Below are positions 56,969 to 64,000 of a stretch of DNA of 64,000 nucleotides, piece after piece (the stretch's first letter is position 1; each line of letters opens with the position of its first letter). The stretch is taken from positions 32,001-96,000 of the IMG/VR virus record IMGVR_UViG_3300031420_000003; one strand, written 5' to 3'. The notes beneath the pieces were generated by a model, which did no database searches, had not been told where the DNA came from, and saw only the letters and a list, made by a program, of their open reading frames with translations. Both the position numbers and the translations under genes were made by a program. Source of the stretch: a virus.

Positions 56969-59900
56969 ATGGCAGTCGTCTTTGACCCACATCAGAAAGA
57001 AAGTGGGAATTTAATTCCCCAAGAGGCGGTAACGCCTATCGGTTCGAAGCACCGAGTGCTCATTCCTGCAAACGCCCCTTTTTACACCGGCTCTGTCGTG
57101 GTTACCTCTAACGGTAAAACACTGAAATTCGGTCGTGACTACGTGTTTGGGCATCGCTTCATGACCGGCATCCAACGTACCGGCAGAAACATCCATGCCA
57201 GCATCTGGATAACCAACGAAGATTACGTCAATAACTTTGCCGTGGACTACCATGCAGTTGGTAGCGGCATCGCCACCCCAGCACAAATCGCAGCGGAACG
57301 TCAGGCAAACGCCGACAAGTACCCGGTTGATTGCCAGTGGGAAGAAGTGATTGGTGAAGTCTATTTCCCGCCGGTCGATATCCAATTCGACAAAGCCAAC
57401 TGGCAAGGTGAGTTAGAACTGATGCAGGCCATCGCGGCCATCGGTAAGAAGATTACCGAGAAGCCTCCAATGCCCGATCCCTACACCACCTCGTCTGTAC
57501 CCACAACCAACCACGAAGGTTTTTTCAGTCGCGGCGAAGTGGTTTACCAGAACGACCTCAGTTATTTGGTTAAGAAGAAACCCACCGGGCCGTTTTATAC
57601 CATTACCGGGTATAACCCACACGGGATGGGTGACTACCGACTGATTGTCAATTTCAATCTGAAGTCGTTGTATAACCAAGTGACACCGCCCAATTTCGCG
57701 ATGCTCTTGCGCAATTATTGGAGTGGGGGTTTTGCGGGGCTGCAACTGCGGTACATGGACGGCGATTTGAAACTGGTGCTCTTCGCCGATGGTAATACGC
57801 CCTCCTATTATCCTATCGCTGCCGCTGGAAAAGGGTTGGCCATCTTTAATAAGCCCTTTACGGTTACGGTCATTAACAGCAAGACGCACGACACGGTGTC
57901 GGTGGTTGTGACGCAGGAAGGACAAACCGTCCTTAACTACACGGTGGATATTCAAAACCCACCGACGTCAGTTTCTGCAGAATGGACACTGTTTAATGTC
58001 CGCTCGAAACTCAGCAACCGCACGACCGATTTGCGTCTGCAGTTCGATGTTGGTGTTAATGACACATTCTCGTTTAATGACTTCCCGGGTTACGGGTATA
58101 GCGCAGATGATAACGCCCCGGTCTTAGCATTACTGAAAGACTACGCGGAGATTGTCAACGAGTTGTACCGTGGCGCACCTGCTCACGACCACATCGGTGA
58201 CAAGAACGACCCGCACGAGGATACGCCAGGGTCAATTGGTGCGTTGCCGCTGAATGACATTGCTTTCGATTCTGCACTGGCGTTCGGTCGTACACAAGCC
58301 GCCCTTGCGGTGTACATCAATAACCTGCTCCCGAAAGCAACCGACCTTAACAATCGGATTCTGCGCGTCGGGAACAACACGCCGGTACCGGGTGCCTTTA
58401 CCATGCAACCGGGTCTGGGTCAGATTAGCTCCACGTCTGCAGCGACTGAAGCCGCCGGGGTTGAAACACTGGGTACCGTTGATGACAAGATGATTCGCTT
58501 GTTGTCAAAAACCTTCCAGCGGCACGTCACCACGCAAAACGCCTCGGCGAAATCCGGTGCCAATGAACTCGTGCTCTACAGCGACAGTCGCAAACTCCAG
58601 TGGAACGGTAAGCCGTTACTCGACCCGACCACGGTGATTCCGTACTTGCCGGGCGTGAGTGGAAGTGGCGATGGACTGTTCTACGGTGAGAACACGGCGA
58701 GCTTCACCATCAACGGAAACGGGATTCAAACCGTGCCGTTTAAAGTGGTGTGGTCACCGGCAAGCAATGCCAACCGGGATACCCCAGCCTTGCGTCGCCT
58801 GACCACGGACTTTGGTGCCAGTGATGACTTAATGGTGACACCGCTCTTGCTGAAAAAGCTTGATGCGTTGTTCACCGGCAAGTTACTGCTGAATAAGGCG
58901 AACATCAATGGCATGGCGTTGTCCACGTCGGTCACGATTGACAAGCTGACCTTTAACTTGGGCGCGGTGGCAAACACCCCGGATACCCAGTTACCGGTCT
59001 CCACCGCACAACAGGCGGAGCTTGACAAATACGCCGACACGACACACACCCACACCCCCGCGCAGTTGGGGATTGTGGCGGCAACCGACAAAGTGAAGGG
59101 CCTTGTCAAAACCGGGAAACTGGTTGACGATGCCACCGTCGCGTTGGATGCCGGTGCCGTCAGTGCGTTGGTGAGCCGTTCCGATGCACTGTCAACCACT
59201 GCCGGGAATGTGGACTCCGGTGCCGTTATCGACATCGTGCGTTACGGGACGCCGGGTGCCTCAAGCATCGCCAATGCCCTGACCTCAACCGGTTGGATGG
59301 TGAGCATCAAAGCCAACGTCTATTTTGCACGCTTGCGCTACGATGTGCCACTGGGAAGCTTTAACCTGACCCAGCTGACTTCCTCACCCAGCAACAAAAC
59401 GTTCTTTGTCTACGTGGATGTGGTGAACAACGCAGGTCAGTACCGTATAAGCCTTACCAAACTGCCGGAGTCAGATACCCTGACCGAGATTGGTAGCTTT
59501 ACCACGGACGACAGCGGTGTCTCCGATTCCACCATTCGCAACGTCACCCGCTTGGGGGATTTCCGTGAGCTGGTTGAACATGTGGCGTCGAAAAACGACC
59601 ACAGTCACCGGGCGATGACGCAGGCCGAGTTTGGCTTCACCTTTAACAAGCAAGGTGAGGAGTGGACAGGCGGTGTCAAAGGGACGTTGCGTCGGGATGC
59701 GGATTGGCGGGCACGCGGTGTAGACGGTTGGCGCAGTCGTGAGAATGTGCGTTGGGGTGCGTTGAACAGTGCCTACGACGGCTTTGTGTTCTCACCGGGC
59801 GGGGTTAACTCAACTGACCACCTTGTGATGCAGTGTATCTCACCGTACTACACGTTGAGTGGCACACCCGTGACCTTTATCCCAACCGACGTCACCGTTA

Positions 59901-60631
59901 ACGATGACACGCTGTTTGAGGTGATGGGCCTCGGTTACACTGACAGCAAGGGGAACTTCAATCGCCTCTCGGTGCTCATCAGTCGCTCGAACTACATCTC
60001 GGATGCGCAGGGCAATCTGTGCCACCTGGGCTTTGCTATCAACTACGGCAGTCCACGTCAGATTATCATTGGGGGCTCGGACTTCCCGGTCAACAATGCG
60101 AATACGTGGGCGAGTCTGGTTGCGTCGGTTTCGGTACTGGCAGATGCCAACACGGTGAACTTCACGGTGGCCTTGCCAACGACCACCACGGTAAGCCTGA
60201 ACCTGAAAACCGGTGTGCTGTCTTTGGGGTCGCAAACCATCGACCTCAACGCCCGTCTACAGGCCGCAGGGATTGACCTGACCGAAACTACGTCGGCTAC
60301 CCTTAAACGTCACTACGGCGTCGGAGGGAGCTTCAGTAGCGTCTTCCGTTGCAGAGCGTCAACACCGGCGAGTGTTGCTGACGACAACGTTTACAACACC
60401 CTCGTTTCTTTTGTAGAAAACTACTCGGGTCTGGAACGTGCACGGTACATCGAAGGTGTGCTGACAACCGAGATGCTGGCCATGACTGACACCCAACTGC
60501 GTACGGCGATTGTGAAAGCAAACACCGATAAGCACTACAGTGGCATTCCGCGCTTTATCTCGACGTCTGACCTCATCCTTTACACCGACAAAGTGAATAA
60601 ACGATACACCGGTGTGGTGCTTCGTGATTAA
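56969..60631 (+). CDS. Tail-fibre/baseplate-fibre-like virion protein
   Basis: GAGGAG RBS; N-terminal APFY...GRDY domain, H..DKNDPH, LGAVANTPD, THTHTPAQLG, ATDKVKGLV motifs. Confidence 0.75.
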   Translation: MAVVFDPHQKESGNLIPQEAVTPIGSKHRVLIPANAPFYTGSVVVTSNGKTLKFGRDYVFGHRFMTGIQRTGRNIHASIWITNEDYVNNFAVDYHAVGSGIATPAQIAAERQANADKYPVDCQWEEVIGEVYFPPVDIQFDKANWQGELELMQAIAAIGKKITEKPPMPDPYTTSSVPTTNHEGFFSRGEVVYQNDLSYLVKKKPTGPFYTITGYNPHGMGDYRLIVNFNLKSLYNQVTPPNFAMLLRNYWSGGFAGLQLRYMDGDLKLVLFADGNTPSYYPIAAAGKGLAIFNKPFTVTVINSKTHDTVSVVVTQEGQTVLNYTVDIQNPPTSVSAEWTLFNVRSKLSNRTTDLRLQFDVGVNDTFSFNDFPGYGYSADDNAPVLALLKDYAEIVNELYRGAPAHDHIGDKNDPHEDTPGSIGALPLNDIAFDSALAFGRTQAALAVYINNLLPKATDLNNRILRVGNNTPVPGAFTMQPGLGQISSTSAATEAAGVETLGTVDDKMIRLLSKTFQRHVTTQNASAKSGANELVLYSDSRKLQWNGKPLLDPTTVIPYLPGVSGSGDGLFYGENTASFTINGNGIQTVPFKVVWSPASNANRDTPALRRLTTDFGASDDLMVTPLLLKKLDALFTGKLLLNKANINGMALSTSVTIDKLTFNLGAVANTPDTQLPVSTAQQAELDKYADTTHTHTPAQLGIVAATDKVKGLVKTGKLVDDATVALDAGAVSALVSRSDALSTTAGNVDSGAVIDIVRYGTPGASSIANALTSTGWMVSIKANVYFARLRYDVPLGSFNLTQLTSSPSNKTFFVYVDVVNNAGQYRISLTKLPESDTLTEIGSFTTDDSGVSDSTIRNVTRLGDFRELVEHVASKNDHSHRAMTQAEFGFTFNKQGEEWTGGVKGTLRRDADWRARGVDGWRSRENVRWGALNSAYDGFVFSPGGVNSTDHLVMQCISPYYTLSGTPVTFIPTDVTVNDDTLFEVMGLGYTDSKGNFNRLSVLISRSNYISDAQGNLCHLGFAINYGSPRQIIIGGSDFPVNNANTWASLVASVSVLADANTVNFTVALPTTTTVSLNLKTGVLSLGSQTIDLNARLQAAGIDLTETTSATLKRHYGVGGSFSSVFRCRASTPASVADDNVYNTLVSFVENYSGLERARYIEGVLTTEMLAMTDTQLRTAIVKANTDKHYSGIPRFISTSDLILYTDKVNKRYTGVVLRD

Positions 60632-60641
60632 GGAGAACTAA

Positions 60642-63600
60642 ATGAGTGCGATTCCTTACGATTGGAAAGGCACCGCCAAGACCAATCAGTTTACTGAGGA
60701 GCGTATTCTCGAATCGGACATCGCCTCGGAACGTGTGCTGGTTCTCCAGCACCGTCCGTTCTTCCAGTCTGGGTTTTCCGTGAGGCAGGCAACTGCCTCT
60801 AACCCCCTGACTCAGGGCGTCGATTACGAGTTGGCTTATCAGCTAACAGAGCTGGACGACTCAATGGCGAGTCCGGTGTTCTGTGGGGTGAACATTATCA
60901 ACCCGGCCATCAAGGGTTCGTTAATCTTTACCGGTAACCACGTAGGCGGAACGTACTACGACGGTCTGTTGGAATCCTTTGACACACTGGTGAAGTATTT
61001 AAACAACCCAACCAGTGCCCGTTGGTTAAATGTCAACAACCGTCCGTCCTTGTATCCGGTGATGCCGGCTGCAACCTCGTGGCATGATTTGCTGAACAAG
61101 AAATACGTGGCGTCGGCCATTCATGACGTGGAACTCGATGCCGGGTCGGCCAACGATGAAATCAAAGCCAAGCTCGACCAGCTGAAAGTCACGGTGGAAA
61201 GTCTGCACGCAGAGATTGAAGCCTTCGATTACCCGTCGCACGTGAATGCCAAGAACCCCCACGGCACCACAGCCACCCAGATTGGGGCACACCCGATTTC
61301 CCTGAAAGCCGCTGACACCTTCCTGACCTACGGGAAGACGTTACGCCAGCTGACAGCCGAAGTGCGGGCGCTGGGCTTGCAACAGTCGGATATCGACAAG
61401 TACATTGAGACGTGGGCGTTTAAAGACATCCAAGGAACCTTTGTGCAGTTGGTGCAAGCGAACCGTCCTATCTTTAAGTCCAAGAACGGGGCGTCGAGTA
61501 TCCTCTTTACCGACACCGGTTTTGACCTCACCTCCACCGGTGGAATTGCCTTGCGTGCCGGCTATAAAGGTGATGCGGCGTACTTCGAATGGGTGGCAGG
61601 CGGTAACGTCATGCGTATCGAGTCGTCGGGTAATGCACTGGGCATGGACAAACTCTCCGTAAACGGCGTGACGCTACTGACCACCACCTCCCTGATGGAT
61701 TATCAGGCTGAGGACAATGGCGGGGGCACTGACCCAGACGACTCCAAGTTGTACGTGCAGTCGGACACCGTGGGCTTAACCCCCACCGGGAAAGGGTCAA
61801 AAGCCGATCCGGTGAAATGGAACTTAACGGTGCCTGATGCCACAACGACGGCTGACGGGGCTGTGACATTGGTGACGCAGAAAAGCGATATCGCCAGTGG
61901 ACAGGCCGTCACCCCCAATGCAGTTGCTGCGTATGACACCAACCTTGGCCAGTTCGTGCCTAAGGCTACCCGTCTGAACTCGGTTGCCATGGATGACGGC
62001 TCACGTGTCCTTGGGAAGTCAGACATTGGTTTGGGGTCTGCGGATAACACGGCGGATGTGGATAAAGCCTTGTCAACCGATTTGCAAACGGCGTTGGCCA
62101 GCAAGTCCGACAAAGGCCACAAACATGCGTGGGCGTCGTTGAACATTCCCAACGCCACTGAAGCGGACGCCGGGGTGATTCGTATTGCGCCCTCAGAAGC
62201 GGCATTGGCTGATGGCCGGGGAACGGCTCCCAATGTGCTCTATCAGCTGCAACTGCAATTAGCAGACATTGCTGAGAAGCTCAAAGGGGCAAACCCGAAA
62301 GCCGTGACCGACTACGCGGTGATTGGCGGGGCGACGTGGAATGTGGCAAGTTCGAAACTGGCATTGTCAGTGCAAGACTTGAAATACTTCTACATGGCCA
62401 ACGGTGGACGTAAAGAGGGGCGGGTCACAGGGTCTGTAAACCTTGAAACTACACCGATGTTCAACTGGTATCAGCCAACGAACGTCATCGAGCGTAACTG
62501 GGCAAAAGGTGTTCTGCACAATACTCAGTTGGCATTAACCTCGAGTGTCGCCACCCTTCCTTTATACGCTCGCACAATTGGCCTGAGCGCTGCGCAGATG
62601 GGTGACCTGTCCATTATCTCAGTTCTGGCCAAAGAACGTGTAGCGTGCGTTTCAGGGCGTCTGAGGGTGATCGCCTCCGGGGGTGGAAACATCAGTGTGT
62701 ACATCAACGGAGACCTTGTGGCATCGGGTTCGCCGACGGTTGATGGGGTGTTCTCCGTCGACACGGCATCGTCGGTGCACACGGTGGCCTTACGGGCGGA
62801 TTGTAATGACAGCAGCAAACCTGCGGCCATTGCGTTTGAGATTTGGGATAACAACTATCCTATCGTGGCATCATCGCCTGACACGAAGCTGGTGCAGTTA
62901 AGCGAGTTCATCAACCCGCGTAACAATCGCCACTTTGTGTATCTCAACATGAGCACCAATTCGCTGTTTGGTCGTGCGGAACCTATCCCGTCGAACGACA
63001 TCAGTATCACACAAGCCTACGTCGGTTACGTGGACTGCGGTCCTGCGGGAATGGCGACCACCACAGTGACCTTTGACACGGTGGCAGACTTTGGACAGTT
63101 CCAAGAGTTGGGGACGCACCAGACCCTGATTCCGGCACACGTTCCTGAGAGCAGCGACTGGTACCTGTCAGATAACCCGAACATGAAACGCTTGCCGATT
63201 GCCTCCGATAAACCGGACTATATTGCGGCCGGTGTCGCAGGTTCAGCCAGTCTGGCAGCCGGGGTGTTGTCACTGCAACCGTCGGTCAATGGCACAGGGT
63301 TACTCACCATGTGGTTGGACACCCGTTACAGCGGGCCACAACAGTGGATGACACCGGCAAACCCGTATGAGAACAACCTGCTCACCTACGAGGGGTCACT
63401 GGCGCTCTACATTCCGATTCGGGCGACGTTAAGCGCAAGCGCAAACGACTTGTGGTTAACCTTTGCGCAAAAGGCAAAGAACGGCCAGCACAAGTTCTTC
63501 CACGTCAACGTCTTCACGGACGAAGCCGAATACGGGTACATGCCAGAGATGGGCGTTAACCCAGCGAACTTGGCTAACCGTGCACCGTCTGATGCCACAC

Positions 63601-64000
63601 CGCTTGCAGTGCATCCGTACGACATCAGTACCGCCACGGCAACTGACCCGCATGTCTGGGGTGAGGATAATGCCGGGGCTGCTGAGTCACGGTATATCGT
63701 GCGTTACCGTTTCGTGCCTAAGACCAACACTTTGCGTGTGGAATTGGTGTCGTTTGAAAGCGATCGGTCAACGCCGACGATTCGTAAGGTGACCTACGAG
63801 ATGCCGTTCGATGTGCGGGACTGCATGGGGGGCTTTGTGGGCTTTAACCGTAAAGGGTTGGGGTCAACGAGTTTCCATCGTTTGCATGCGGGTATCTACC
63901 AGTCTGTTGATTACCACAACTACAGTTACTTCCGCAGTCTTTTCGAAGCCTACGTCCGCGCCAACGATTATGCCGTACAAGGCAGTGGTCGTGGTGTGGT
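60642..64000 (+). CDS. Second tail-fibre-like paralog, 3' end outside window
   Basis: AAGGAG RBS; starts MSAIPYDWKGTAKTNQ; RPFF...GVDY, HVNAKNPHGTTATQIGA, DIGLGSADNTAD, GHKH motifs; no stop seen (hence absent from the ORF track). Confidence 0.75.
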   Translation, partial: MSAIPYDWKGTAKTNQFTEERILESDIASERVLVLQHRPFFQSGFSVRQATASNPLTQGVDYELAYQLTELDDSMASPVFCGVNIINPAIKGSLIFTGNHVGGTYYDGLLESFDTLVKYLNNPTSARWLNVNNRPSLYPVMPAATSWHDLLNKKYVASAIHDVELDAGSANDEIKAKLDQLKVTVESLHAEIEAFDYPSHVNAKNPHGTTATQIGAHPISLKAADTFLTYGKTLRQLTAEVRALGLQQSDIDKYIETWAFKDIQGTFVQLVQANRPIFKSKNGASSILFTDTGFDLTSTGGIALRAGYKGDAAYFEWVAGGNVMRIESSGNALGMDKLSVNGVTLLTTTSLMDYQAEDNGGGTDPDDSKLYVQSDTVGLTPTGKGSKADPVKWNLTVPDATTTADGAVTLVTQKSDIASGQAVTPNAVAAYDTNLGQFVPKATRLNSVAMDDGSRVLGKSDIGLGSADNTADVDKALSTDLQTALASKSDKGHKHAWASLNIPNATEADAGVIRIAPSEAALADGRGTAPNVLYQLQLQLADIAEKLKGANPKAVTDYAVIGGATWNVASSKLALSVQDLKYFYMANGGRKEGRVTGSVNLETTPMFNWYQPTNVIERNWAKGVLHNTQLALTSSVATLPLYARTIGLSAAQMGDLSIISVLAKERVACVSGRLRVIASGGGNISVYINGDLVASGSPTVDGVFSVDTASSVHTVALRADCNDSSKPAAIAFEIWDNNYPIVASSPDTKLVQLSEFINPRNNRHFVYLNMSTNSLFGRAEPIPSNDISITQAYVGYVDCGPAGMATTTVTFDTVADFGQFQELGTHQTLIPAHVPESSDWYLSDNPNMKRLPIASDKPDYIAAGVAGSASLAAGVLSLQPSVNGTGLLTMWLDTRYSGPQQWMTPANPYENNLLTYEGSLALYIPIRATLSASANDLWLTFAQKAKNGQHKFFHVNVFTDEAEYGYMPEMGVNPANLANRAPSDATPLAVHPYDISTATATDPHVWGEDNAGAAESRYIVRYRFVPKTNTLRVELVSFESDRSTPTIRKVTYEMPFDVRDCMGGFVGFNRKGLGSTSFHRLHAGIYQSVDYHNYSYFRSLFEAYVRANDYAVQGSGRGV

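Noticed and set aside
1-64000. CRISPR array, tRNA/rRNA genes, transposases, integrase, reverse transcriptase
   Set aside because: No regularly spaced repeats or diagnostic motifs were seen by eye; a short tRNA could have been missed without tRNAscan

Overview
The window is a segment of a phiKZ-related jumbo myophage genome (Chimalliviridae-like, with gene order recalling SPN3US/Erwinia jumbo phages). The host is probably enterobacterial, judging by the E. coli-like ThyA and the DUF1471 genes. Late virion genes lie mostly on + and include a giant tail protein with a lytic transglycosylase (5'-truncated), its partner, the central spike and two tail-fibre-like paralogs (the last 3'-truncated). 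Early and middle genes lie mostly on - and include ThyA, MazG-like, CYTH, NADAR, the split virion RNAP beta-C subunit, UvsX/RecA, RNase H, a DEDDh exonuclease, SbcC, a DarG-like macrodomain, GNATs, a ParB-like protein and several paralog arrays. Two phage promoter motifs and a family of intrinsic terminators are directly visible. The most striking observations are: (i) a nucleotide-metabolism island with a separately transcribed 62-aa acidic peptide ending DCDGCKI that mimics the redox tail of ribonucleotide reductase alpha, plus an active/dead MazG paralog pair flanking thyA; (ii) a possible ADP-ribosylation counter-defence kit (NADAR, DarG-like macrodomain, degenerate ART-like protein); (iii) signal-less DUF1471 genes; (iv) an array of secreted disulfide proteins; (v) promoter-to-terminator units without ORFs (candidate sRNAs). 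All family calls are by eye from motifs; no database search was run, and phiKZ/SPN3US gene numbers are recalled, not verified.
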